Origin: Candidatus Omnitrophota bacterium
GTDB taxonomy: Bacteria > Omnitrophota > Omnitrophia > Omnitrophales > Aquincolibacteriaceae
Direction of reading: 5' to 3'
Assembly (NCBI GenBank): GCA_019052695.1
Contig: JAHQRI010000001.1
Location: forward strand, 7,755-71,754
Length of the DNA stretch: 64,000 nt
Position numbers and translations under genes: made by a program. Positions 40,101-46,429 of the stretch are shown here, piece after piece. Every line of letters begins with the position of its first letter. The stretch's first letter is position 1. The notes below the pieces were generated by a model. The model worked only from the letters and a program-made list of their open reading frames with translations, was not told where the DNA came from and searched no databases.

Positions 40101-40717
40101 ACAAGATCACCGGCGGGATCTGGTCGCTTACGGTCTACGCCTTCCATGCCGTAGAACTCACAGCATCGTTCTTTGGCCTGACAGCTGCCCCGGCCCCTGA
40201 GGCTTTTGATATCGCTGCGGTCCCTGCGACCCCTGAGGAAAAGAAACGTTTTGACGACGCCCGAAAGGTCCTGTTCGGCGGAAAGGCCTACGGGGATTCG
40301 GACGTTCTGATCCTTGCGCCGGAGTTCGGGGTCGATCTTGGCGCGGCGCTCCTCATGCGGAAGGTTGCCGGGGACGTTCCGGTCGCGGTGCTCGTGCGGG
40401 ATGATGCCGACCGCCGGTTCCTTGACCAGATCAACTCCGAGCTTGAAGCGGGGAACCGCCCGTTGATCTTTGCGGCAGGGACGCTCCGTGAGGCCGCCCA
40501 GTACCTGAGGAGGGCGGTGCGCGGGAAGATGAATATCAAGCCGATGGTTTACGCGGGAGAGAATAACCCTCAAGCCGATCTTTTGTTGCAGCAGTACGGG
40601 GACGCGGTGATCACCGTCACGCAGGGTATGTTCCGGAACTTCCTCAGCCTTGCCGGGATCAGCGAGACCGTGACCCGATTGCGCGACGAGTACCTCGCGC
40701 TTGCGCGCTCGGCGTAA
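31157..40717 (+). CDS. giant (about 3,186 aa) exported multidomain protein: TraB/GumN-like N-module, GH13-like domain, GT35 alpha-glucan phosphorylase-like domain
   Basis: 9.6 kb open frame. Signal peptide MDFPLSVKRSLAVTVAVCFFVTSLPVSRSFAAAA. GH13 regions GFDAVRIDMASYL, FEVVAEIY, FSNHDQ. GT35 motifs LTGGLGALMHD and EASATSMMKAMANMAALMGVWGG (PLP lysine). Confidence 0.6.
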   Translation: MDFPLSVKRSLAVTVAVCFFVTSLPVSRSFAAAAVEPFRAPSQLDIPMAWGKVTDIVRQPTENSPLLIHIQEAHANYDAQRNIRDLLKHLAEHYGVRLVLLEGAGNQLNPDLFRFFPDEPVLQQTANDKLMRAGLLTGAETFLIDEGNASKAEGWGVERADLYAKNREDFKQVYEGRKLSAGFLEDFYLRWQKYASLFLSKPLREFLSKETAFEEDTLPLADWMNFLRTAAARELNIDLENVREQADWPVLVRYFRLKAIDPKIDVQKVEAEKKAFFEQVQKIVTRSSGLGTRETKDSNKSRGTSLESLLAEVEAILEQAKTHDLPLYKTRFVFERLLDRLPEDFSFDTYPALRLYLQQIVLMSELQGDALQEEIKTLSGKLTEVLSETEKDRRFAAILRDFRLLKKLFRLELNRGEYRDILMRKITPGKILQELRAQDPKAEDLPQDPSARFRKLEALYGTATRFYEGAIEREGAMMERVFARMQEQKQTKAVLITGGFHTEGLKEKAVREGSSYIEITPHIGEITSHDRENYLRALLGRNLGVTPDYRSSGRNAQRATQDKTVALRTLSVERSEIAALLRGDIPFLKETSRAWRRELAEFGAVLSEHLRQITSSEKARGAVNHYIAGAVRVPSFDAMKRRSETRESVKELSGKVLRIPELMLQLPLEPGTEALEGTRRMVGPLEKAARLLEPLLESYGIGSIWPHNSLFEMGELSTRIHQVPDSGEHFLVSTNGKTTVRVAGYETKQKALGNRVLRDDKGNAYSIRGMRKLNPRLSDSATEQGNAAKTAEQLIALNRKARSLGIRTVADFIPELAPEAINDYNLDWTFHEKLSPGETQYFNSLPEEIKQSYINSSVRKWGGAFFARRLGKWGNEEIAMVRHFPGLGSGQNVDQALLNVFVPAVQNYYKDSLRFLIDLGFDAVRIDMASYLLGKNLIRFVNDKGLRSDVPMEGEPLREIIRYAKDYAFQKGRSFEVVAEIYDEEDRNALMNTGVDVGTDVRTYDNSFFEELFRFSQDPEAPAADLARMIVEKILHKLGDPENRENFLAYFSNHDQTPLAVMADHNKEIGKNFSLAGVTALLLVGAYLAEPFLSFFLTLRDSLGQRGDILPTVGGDIKDHRADLGGRHAHPFLETSRELTVRTHIEKLETAIRKSFASKFLKELHAAAKGTGQTYIRFLENEDPGRVASLGWRTVSGEWVVFAVDLRPHQGPLHLKHIESPVFPKEAGSLQEWEAKDALTGSSFGIIFKREGEATHPRIRNISFGQESANYRLIVITPKEHKKPTEKVRNERKRMKNANQLKPKVINELDSIARGSAKGYEFLMHPAFENYSNAHKKQARAYLQLLAGSSNDLMDILKGAQEFLRSYYANIERIREKYEETEEEASFAVKKGPPLCYFGGKDFEGFEKLSPADFLESQGVSVGELKNSEAKFNLRQAIPATSRTLVLGKSLELPRAKSLNAETLNQLLRSQGVEYISDITDIAFYKIPRSELRQGDLLPRAVSGLISGVAGGSVQTVMELKRSELRDEKFRGSYEVTEDDKGRIVMPAPLRKKIAEDLVGEVEKYTDEFGQEQILFRIWEASAWEENFKQGLPKDKTKARAYKDREYARIFDVELYGEAGRLNLAEVRARGLLSGPGTKFLVQGAGDSIILKPKTARAELRTVSPKRGLEAYTVVSRQLEAGLDRSILEEVRKSLADRFSGMGKSWIRRYVGLVAELTLTGGLGALMHDLFPAWAQALGIKNKDRKGLIAINAIYDNIKGQQYAKYLPDEVRQGKTTLGEYLRGVLKRDESLNLAFGMDFGEDFRRKTAEERAWAEQYGNPGYKEAARKTENIIGKTIRVDVYPTQTHFNQTPNYYIDAYFLDSEGKKVHIFDEVYPDAPHGRPNLWRDIHMAVYGWATQHLVRELQQKGVVKDNILFVDNEVFVSTPTPLFPDAVHHHINHTVFRPGLYMPNEASYEMLGYPEIQRKYITKNGKIDIVNAVGISSRLITGVAIYEHTKALEEDVMAAFPHKLQAFNKDGVRNTNGVLMEQWQLPALRDLISAHKEKLGLKPQAADKKIFEKITASGQEMVLEEFKQKAEFAKATGVLELLLWLKEDQNFPAWFDEIGLAYASQSGLKNIDDQKLVEDFRDAVAAAMVDPAAWQALMQRQDLVWLKNALFENPILANVRRQVPYKGPDKWLEILEKLRVDPQALEEFKRDAPRVIIGGREFGDDAHWMFLRIQSLVEELGLKDKIATIEDYNIYIAPVIFGGVSGSMMLSDEKLEASATSMMKAMANMAALMGVWGGANPELFTIIDKKTGRELNAIRDKITHDQLVEKMASGEWEVPNGFLVAYSQEEYSNQTGGERRPSTASLIQSLYDLKKTCRDPGSRRNLQFAVLRSTPNVDMAKGQAIAHKALWEKTIQTLQKEDEFFESLDISADDAEQFLKKSLAQEGGLEFLWHGTTQDAWNIHGILGFIQGFRHLRMKGRESYNSVAFHAYNGKKGDIFTYLEKFFEGFDETFIPVTRKLKALSARAQKAGSPQDKVRANLEALELVERLAVAISFHLFKHYVKTGDKKAEAYWANPAVRENLSIYLEKNGVPFKSIAKNIRGYAVDIEGQRYIVALNFGEFGFPGEKGEKAWGSFYGREALDHLLEKPEETHIYQVLDAISGEVYGKYSLRQMVETIRIGVPSLGAQVLQVVDSGERTEASEAALSGDVLGYLEALTAGRLVSDEVPITQLLFRQVVDEGTVVAGKGEEAGRKRIVDPTKMEPLLSRVTGLSRKEAVEKFGEKGIPPVMAFIAVLSPAGLEQIRDWNDEVYTALNGVIHQPQIEKLLQDGALWFHKTDRASALVISKSLDGKNVVVPIHFSATPFRSVDGKAWFRVSDFDRLGVLLSENGRYQARNVLANKVYPLQHDQEKISGEKWSLGVPVAVPEDLGVFHEPLYHFQVLEIIPAVSEPVQRSEMREGITTIPRTTEALIETNRSMGGGAVRGFRGVTDKITGGIWSLTVYAFHAVELTASFFGLTAAPAPEAFDIAAVPATPEEKKRFDDARKVLFGGKAYGDSDVLILAPEFGVDLGAALLMRKVAGDVPVAVLVRDDADRRFLDQINSELEAGNRPLIFAAGTLREAAQYLRRAVRGKMNIKPMVYAGENNPQADLLLQQYGDAVITVTQGMFRNFLSLAGISETVTRLRDEYLALARSA
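32815..32878 (+). repeat. CGCAACG heptamer hairpin element inserted in-frame in the giant CDS
   Basis: gcgcaacgcccaacgcgcaacg ... cgttgaacg. Encodes SGRNAQRATQDKTVALRTLSVERSE between the N-module and the GH13-like region. Confidence 0.6.
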
Positions 40718-40826
40718 CACAGGAAGAAGGAGGGAGTAAAGAGAAGGGCGCCAGGACTGGTTTTCACCATCCGCCATCCTATCTTGAAGTATTGACCGCT
40801 TTCCGGAGTTTACGTATAGTCTCTGC

Positions 40827-41735
40827 ATGTCCAAAACATCTTCCCAACTCATGCGCGTAGGGCACAGTCCCGATGCTGACGATGCGTTCATGTTCTACGC
40901 GCTGGCCAAACAAAAGATCCCGATGCGCGGGTTCGAAGTTGAACACGTCATTGAAGACATCGAAAGTTTGAACCAGCGCGCGTTCCGAGGGGAACTGGAG
41001 GTGACGGCGGTTTCCTGCCACGCGTACGCTTATTTGGCCGACCGGTACGCGGTCATGCGTTCCGGGGCAAGCGTCGGGGACAAGTATGGGCCCATTCTCG
41101 TACAACGCCCAACGCGCAAAGCGCAACGAGGAAACAAAAAAGCAGGCAAAGAACGTTGCGCGTTGAGCATTGCGCAAAAGAGAATCGCGATTCCGGGCAA
41201 ATTAACGACGGCCTATTTAACCCTTCAGCTTTATGCGTTGACCGTTGACCGTTGTGCGTTGCGCGGATTTGAACCGGTTTTCATGCCCTTCGACAAGGTC
41301 CTAGAGGCCGTCAAAAACGGAGAAGTGGACCTCGGGCTCGTGATCCACGAAGGACAGATCACGTTCGCGGAACACGGTCTTGAAAAATTTTTGGACCTTG
41401 GCACTTGGTGGCATGAGGAAACGGGACTGCCGCTGCCGCTTGGTGTTGATATCATCCGCCGTGATCTAGGCGAGGGTGTAATGAGGTCTTTTGCGGGCCT
41501 CTTCAAAGAAAGCATCGAATATGCCTTGTCTCACCGTCAGGAAGCTTTAGAATACGCGCTGCAGTTCGGCCGTGGGATCTCGCGAGAACTCAACGACCGT
41601 TTCGTTGGGATGTATGTCAATGACCGGACGGTGGATATCGGGAGGGACGGAGAGGCGGGGTTCCGCGCATTACTTGACCTGGCATACCAGCATAAGATCG
41701 TGCCCAACAAAATTAACTTTGATTTTATCGGTTAA
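40827..41735 (+). CDS. MqnA/MqnD-family (menaquinone via futalosine) protein
   Basis: MRVGHSPDADDAFMFYAL matches the GxSPCPNDTFxFxAL-type N-terminus. Start may be the ATG near 40851. Two heptamer-repeat insertions in-frame. Confidence 0.55.
   Translation: MSKTSSQLMRVGHSPDADDAFMFYALAKQKIPMRGFEVEHVIEDIESLNQRAFRGELEVTAVSCHAYAYLADRYAVMRSGASVGDKYGPILVQRPTRKAQRGNKKAGKERCALSIAQKRIAIPGKLTTAYLTLQLYALTVDRCALRGFEPVFMPFDKVLEAVKNGEVDLGLVIHEGQITFAEHGLEKFLDLGTWWHEETGLPLPLGVDIIRRDLGEGVMRSFAGLFKESIEYALSHRQEALEYALQFGRGISRELNDRFVGMYVNDRTVDIGRDGEAGFRALLDLAYQHKIVPNKINFDFIG
41099..41176 (+). repeat. CGCAACG heptamer hairpin element in-frame in the MqnA/D-like CDS; a second, arm-only copy at 41235..41265
   Basis: acaacgcccaacgcgcaaagcgcaacg ... 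cgttgcgcgttgagcattgcg. Encodes RPTRKAQRGNKKAGKERCALSIAQKR. 41235..41265 gcgttgaccgttgaccgttgtgcgttgcgcg encodes ALTVDRCALRG. Confidence 0.6.
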
Positions 41736-41738
41736 ATA

Positions 41739-41809
41739 GGCGCAATGCACAACGCGCAAAGCGCAACGTCTTGATTTTAAGTTGCGCGTCGAACGTTGAC
41801 CGTTGCGCG
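41739..41809 (+). repeat. CGCAACG heptamer hairpin element, intergenic
   Basis: gcgcaatgcacaacgcgcaaagcgcaacg tcttgattttaa gttgcgcgtcgaacgttgaccgttgcgcg. Confidence 0.65.
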
Positions 41810-41818
41810 AGGGGATAT

Positions 41819-42418
41819 ATGTCCAACGACGAATTACGAAGTAAGACCGTAGAGATCGCAAAAAAACACAAAGCCTCCTGGATCGAGCTCGGGCAGCATC
41901 TTTTTTCGATCTACAAGAACAAGATGTATAAAGAATGGGGTTATCAGGGCTTTGAGACTTATTGCCGCAAAGAACTCGGCATCAAGGAAACGACGGCCTC
42001 GAAACTCATTAAGTCCTACTCATTCCTTGAGAAAGAGGAGCCGCGCATCGTAAAACCCGAATTTTCTTCGGAGGAAACACCGCGGAAAATACCGGATTAT
42101 GAAGCGGTGAACCTTCTGCGGCTTGCCAAAGAGAACAAGAATATCCCGACGGGCGATTTCGCGGAATTGAGGCAAGAGGTCCTGAACGAAGGAAAAGAGC
42201 CCAAAGAGATCCGCGCGCAGGTAAAAAAGATCCTCGAAGCTCAGAAGCCCAAGGATACGGCGGAGGCGAAGGACCAGAAGCGGAACTCGGTGCTGCGGCG
42301 TTTGATCGGTTTTTTGAACGGCGCTAAGAAACAGCTGGAAGAGGAGGACCTTGTCCCGGATTACCTGATCAAGCAGATCGAGGCTTTAACGAGCAAGCTG
42401 GAAGACCAGTTGGAGTAG
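41819..42418 (+). CDS. hypothetical protein (charged, helical)
   Basis: Open frame with the ATG at 41819 (MSNDEL). No recognisable motif. Confidence 0.4.
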   Translation: MSNDELRSKTVEIAKKHKASWIELGQHLFSIYKNKMYKEWGYQGFETYCRKELGIKETTASKLIKSYSFLEKEEPRIVKPEFSSEETPRKIPDYEAVNLLRLAKENKNIPTGDFAELRQEVLNEGKEPKEIRAQVKKILEAQKPKDTAEAKDQKRNSVLRRLIGFLNGAKKQLEEEDLVPDYLIKQIEALTSKLEDQLE

Positions 42419-42454
42419 AAGCAATTTCATAGGCATAGGTGATCCCATAAGCGC

Positions 42455-42490
42455 CATGTCATTCCCGCATGTAGTAAGCGGGAATCCAGA
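42455..42490 (+). terminator. hairpin attcccgc/gcgggaat plus T-rich tail
   Basis: tcattcccgcatgtagtaagcgggaatccagaagtcgttttgtgttttgg. Confidence 0.5.
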
Positions 42491-42598
42491 AGTCGTTTTG
42501 TGTTTTGGATCCCCGATAAAAACACTCGGGGATAACAATCTAAAGTCTAATACCGCAAAAGGATTGTAAAACCAGTTGTAGATACAAAAGGATGTACG

Positions 42599-42871
42599 AT
42601 GGAACTCTTCATGAAGATCTCGGCGATCGCGGGGGCGATCCTTCCGCTTTTTAATATCCCGCTCGTCCTCAGGATCATTCAGCGCAAGTCGGCGGACGAC
42701 ATCAGCCTCGTCTGGGTCTTCGGAGTGTGGGCCTGCATCCTCTTGATGTCTCCGGCGGCTTTGCTTTCCCCGGACGTTGCATTCCGCTTGTTCGGGGTCA
42801 CGAACCTTGTTTTTTTTACGGCCGTCGTGCTTGCGACTGTTAAATACCATCATCGGTTCAAAAAGAAATGA
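42599..42871 (+). CDS. SemiSWEET-like PQ-loop sugar transporter
   Basis: NIPLVLRIIQRKSADDISLVWVFGVWACILL matches the PQ..RxxKTKSxxDISL core of bacterial SemiSWEETs. Three TM helices, about 90 aa. Confidence 0.55.
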   Translation: MELFMKISAIAGAILPLFNIPLVLRIIQRKSADDISLVWVFGVWACILLMSPAALLSPDVAFRLFGVTNLVFFTAVVLATVKYHHRFKKK

Positions 42872-42872
42872 C

Positions 42873-42937
42873 GTGCAACGTTCAACGGTCAACGCACAAC
42901 GTGAAATCGGGGCGTTGCGCGTTGCGCCTTGCGCGGG
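42873..42937 (+). repeat. CGCAACG heptamer hairpin element, intergenic
   Basis: gtgcaacgttcaacggtcaacgcacaacg tgaaatcgggg cgttgcgcgttgcgccttgcgcggg. Confidence 0.65.
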
Positions 42938-42943
42938 TTTAAT

Positions 42944-43333
42944 ATGCATCCTACCTATAAAAAAATGCTCAAAGCGCTTCAGAACAAAGAAGCTAATCGG
43001 CCGTCTGGGGTGAAAGAGGCGGACGATTGGGAGCTGTATATCCTGAGGTGCGGCGATAATTCTTTTTACACGGGGGTCACCAACAACCTCGAGCGGCGTC
43101 TCAAAATGCACCAAACGGGCAAGGCCTCACGCTACACCCGTGTCCGGCGGCCGGTGGAGATGATCTACCATGAAAAATGCGGCACCCGGACGCAGGCTCT
43201 TGTGAGGGAATGTGCGGTGAAAGAGCTGCCGCGGAAGAAAAAAGAAGAACTTATTTCGGGTGCAACGCGCAATGCACAACGATCAACGAAAAAGCGAAAA
43301 AGAAAGCGTTGCGCTTTGCGCGTTGTGCGTTGA
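42944..43333 (+). CDS. GIY-YIG nuclease family protein (YhbQ-like), second copy
   Basis: WELYILRCGDNSFYTGVTNNLERRLKMHQTGKASRYTRVRRP. The last ~25 codons (ATRNAQRSTKKRKRKRCALRVVR) are encoded by a heptamer repeat element. Confidence 0.65.
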   Translation: MHPTYKKMLKALQNKEANRPSGVKEADDWELYILRCGDNSFYTGVTNNLERRLKMHQTGKASRYTRVRRPVEMIYHEKCGTRTQALVRECAVKELPRKKKEELISGATRNAQRSTKKRKRKRCALRVVR

Positions 43334-43336
43334 ACT
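43259..43336 (+). repeat. CGCAACG heptamer hairpin element spanning two convergent gene ends
   Basis: tgcaacgcgcaatgcacaacgatcaacg aaaaagcgaaaaagaaag cgttgcgctttgcgcgttgtgcgttgaac. Confidence 0.65.
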
Positions 43337-44486
43337 AAATCTCCAATGTCTTTGGAAATTTAGTCAAATTGACGCAGCCGTTCTTTGTGACGACCACGAG
43401 GTCTTCCAAACGGACGCCGCCCGCCCCTTTGTAATAAAGGCCTGGTTCCACCGTGACGACCTGTCCCGCCTTCAATACATCACGCCCCCGGCCGAGGCGC
43501 GGGGACTCGTGGACTTCCAGCCCGAGCCCATGGCCCGTGCTATGAAAAAAACCCTGCATGCGTCCGCGGATCTTTCCCGTTCTGTAGCCCAGGGATTCGA
43601 AATATTTTGTAACCGCTTGATGGACCTTTTGGCCGTCGACGCCGTCCCGGATCGTCCGGCAGGCAATATCCTGTGCCTCCCTTACCGCTGCGTATATTTT
43701 CCGGAGTTTCGGGGAGGCCGTGCCCCGAACGACGGTTCGCGTGAAGTCGGCGTAATACCGCGTCGTGTCGTGCCGCGGGAAAATATCCATGACGATCGGC
43801 CGGTGGGGGCGGAGGAACCCGTGACCGCAGTGATGGGGATCCACCGTTTGAGGGCCGCACGAGACGATCGTGTGTTCTCCCGTGCAGCCGTCCTCGAGCA
43901 GGGAATGACGGATGATTTTTTTGAGAGATTCACTTGTGAGCGCCTTTCCCCGGAAATAAAGCTTGTTCCCGCGGATCGAGGACCGCCGCAGGACCCGGAG
44001 GGCTTTCGCGGCGGCGCGTTCGGTCGCGTGCAGCGCCTGCCGGATGGCCCGGATCTCCTTTCCGTCCTTGATCGCCCGCTCCGTGAAGCACGGCGAGAGG
44101 GCGTAACGGATCTGGAAACCCGCACGTTTCAACGGCGCGTAGAATCGAACGGGAAAATCTCCCGGGACCTGCAGGGCCTTTACCCGCCGCTTCCTGAGGA
44201 AACGGATCAAAACGTCGGTCAAGGTGGGTGACATTCCCGTCCTTCGACGAAGCTCACGGGCCAATTTTGAGATTGCCAATACGATGTCGACGCGGGCCTG
44301 TTCCCGGGCGCGATCGATCTCGAGGTCATGGACGAGCAGATGGTCTTTACCGCGAACGCGGATGAAGATGACCGGATCAGGCGCAAGGAACCGGGTCGCG
44401 TAATAAAGGTCCGCGTGGGTCTCGCTTGTTCCGATGATCAGCAGATTGTCCGGGTCCATAGAAGTTTTAGCGACTAAGGATACCAC
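43335..44486 (-). CDS. M24 family Xaa-Pro aminopeptidase/prolidase
   Basis: HSTGHGLGLEVHESP and the pita-bread fold metal ligands. Creatinase-like N-domain. Confidence 0.8.
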   Translation of the reverse strand: MVSLVAKTSMDPDNLLIIGTSETHADLYYATRFLAPDPVIFIRVRGKDHLLVHDLEIDRAREQARVDIVLAISKLARELRRRTGMSPTLTDVLIRFLRKRRVKALQVPGDFPVRFYAPLKRAGFQIRYALSPCFTERAIKDGKEIRAIRQALHATERAAAKALRVLRRSSIRGNKLYFRGKALTSESLKKIIRHSLLEDGCTGEHTIVSCGPQTVDPHHCGHGFLRPHRPIVMDIFPRHDTTRYYADFTRTVVRGTASPKLRKIYAAVREAQDIACRTIRDGVDGQKVHQAVTKYFESLGYRTGKIRGRMQGFFHSTGHGLGLEVHESPRLGRGRDVLKAGQVVTVEPGLYYKGAGGVRLEDLVVVTKNGCVNLTKFPKTLEI

Positions 44487-44631
44487 GCGACGGGATCGGG
44501 ACGCAACGGGCCATTGCGGGGGGCACGGAGAACGGAAGATGACCGTTTAGTCGTTGACGGAGCTGCTTAAAGCCGTTAAACTCCAATGTTCCATCCCCCG
44601 GCAACGTGACATATTAAGGCATTTTTATTTC

Positions 44632-45450
44632 ATGGAAATTTTGTCAATAGACCTTTTAAGGACCAAGGCGAAACTCGTCCGCCGTCATATCGTCGCTATG
44701 ACCGGTGCCGCGGCGTCGGGCCATCCCGGAGGTTCTCTCTCCGCTACCGAAATGTTGGTGGCCCTCTATTTCCATGTGATGCGGCACAATCCCCAAGACC
44801 CTCAGTGGCCCGATCGCGACCGGCTCATCTTGAGCAAAGGGCACGCGGCTCCGGCGCTTTACGCAGTCTTGGCGGAATCGGGCTATTTTGACCCCAAGAC
44901 GCTCACGGATTTTCGCAAGTTAGGCAGTCCGCTCCAGGGGCACCCGGACCGCCGGAAACTCCCCGGGGTCGAGGCTTCCACCGGTTCTCTAGGACAGGGA
45001 TTGTCGATCGGGATCGGCATGGCGCTCGCACGGCGTTTGGACCGGAAGGATTATTACACCTATGTACTCACAAGCGACGGGGAAATGAACGAAGGCCAGA
45101 CCTGGGAAGCGGCAGCTATGGCAGCTCACCACAAGGTCGACCATCTGATCGCGCTCCTCGACTACAACAAGTTCCAGCTCGATGACGCGACGAAGAATAT
45201 TTGCGATATGGAGCCTGTCATCGAGAAATGGAGGTCCTTCCGCTGGGACGTCCAGGAGATCGACGGGCACGATCTTAAGGCGATCCTGCGTGCGGTAGAG
45301 AAGGCGAAGAAGGTCAAGGACGCGCCCGCGATGATCGTTGCGCACACGGTCAAGGGCAAAGGGGTCTCGTTCATGGAGAACAACAATCATTTTCATGGTG
45401 TCGCGCCGACCCCCGAAGAGGTCACCAAGGCCTTAGAGGAGCTCGCATAA
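44632..45450 (+). CDS. transketolase, N-terminal (TPP-binding) subunit
   Basis: GHPGGSLSATEMLVALYF and GSLGQGLSIGIGMA. A separate polypeptide, i.e. a split transketolase. Confidence 0.85.
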   Translation: MEILSIDLLRTKAKLVRRHIVAMTGAAASGHPGGSLSATEMLVALYFHVMRHNPQDPQWPDRDRLILSKGHAAPALYAVLAESGYFDPKTLTDFRKLGSPLQGHPDRRKLPGVEASTGSLGQGLSIGIGMALARRLDRKDYYTYVLTSDGEMNEGQTWEAAAMAAHHKVDHLIALLDYNKFQLDDATKNICDMEPVIEKWRSFRWDVQEIDGHDLKAILRAVEKAKKVKDAPAMIVAHTVKGKGVSFMENNNHFHGVAPTPEEVTKALEELA

Positions 45451-46392
45451 ATGGAAAGAAAATACGGTAAACCGACCCGTGACGCATATGGGGAGGCCCT
45501 GATCGAGATCGGGAGAGCCGACCCGAACGTGGTGGCGATGGACGCGGACCTTTCCAAGTCCACAAAGTCCTACGCGTTCAGTCAGGCCTTTCCCGACCGG
45601 TTTTTTAACGTCGGGATCCAGGAAGCCAACCTCGTCGGGGTAGCCGCCGGGCTCGCCTCCTGCGGCAAGGTCCCTTTCATTTCCAGTTTCGCGTCTTTTT
45701 TGGTCAGCAAGGGTTTTGACCAGTTCCGCATGGCGGTCGCTTTTTCGGAACTGAACGTGAAGGTGATCGGCTCTCACGGCGGCATCACGGTCGGAGAGGA
45801 CGGCGCTTCCCAAATGAGCATTGAGGACATCGCCCTGATGACGAGCTTGCCGGGTTTTTCGGTGCTCGTGCCCTGTGACGAGGTTTCCGCTCACGCCCTG
45901 GTCTGGGAGGCGGCCAAGCACCCCGGCCCCGTCTACATCCGGACAGGACGGCCCAAGGCCCCGCTCGTACATTCCAAAGGGACCGCGTTCAAGATCGGCC
46001 AGGGCGTGCGGCTGCGTGAGGGAAAAGATATTACCCTTCTGGCCAACGGTTTTTTGGTCTTTGAGGCCCTGGAAGCGGCCGAACGTTTGGCGGAGGAGGG
46101 GATCCGGGCAAGCGTGATCGACCTGCATACCGTGAAACCGTTGGACACCGCGCTGATCCTTGAGGAAGCCAGAAAAACGGGGCACGTCCTGGTCGCCGAA
46201 GAACATCAGATCTGGGGCGGGCTCGGCAGTGCCGTCGCCACGTTCCTTGCCGGGAAACACCCGTGCAGAATGGGATTTGTGGCCATTCAGGACACGTTCG
46301 CCGAATCCGGGAAAGGCGAAGAACTTCTCGAAAAATACGGACTGACGTACCCGAACATCGTCAAAACCGCAAAAAAAATTCTAGGTCATTAA
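45451..46392 (+). CDS. transketolase, C-terminal (pyrimidine-binding) subunit
   Basis: Directly abuts the N-subunit stop. GIQEANLVGVAAGLA motif. Confidence 0.85.
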   Translation: MERKYGKPTRDAYGEALIEIGRADPNVVAMDADLSKSTKSYAFSQAFPDRFFNVGIQEANLVGVAAGLASCGKVPFISSFASFLVSKGFDQFRMAVAFSELNVKVIGSHGGITVGEDGASQMSIEDIALMTSLPGFSVLVPCDEVSAHALVWEAAKHPGPVYIRTGRPKAPLVHSKGTAFKIGQGVRLREGKDITLLANGFLVFEALEAAERLAEEGIRASVIDLHTVKPLDTALILEEARKTGHVLVAEEHQIWGGLGSAVATFLAGKHPCRMGFVAIQDTFAESGKGEELLEKYGLTYPNIVKTAKKILGH

Positions 46393-46429
46393 AACTTTCC
46401 TCACAAGGACAGTTCGCAAAGAGGCTGCC

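Noticed and set aside
33110-40891. Several 286-408-aa minus-strand ORFs inside the giant gene (33110..34264, 34310..35170, 36239..37147, 39665..40891)
   Set aside because: All antisense to a 9.6-kb frame carrying multiple enzyme signatures. GC-rich antisense artefacts.
45433-46260. 275-aa minus-strand ORF
   Set aside because: Antisense to the transketolase C-subunit.
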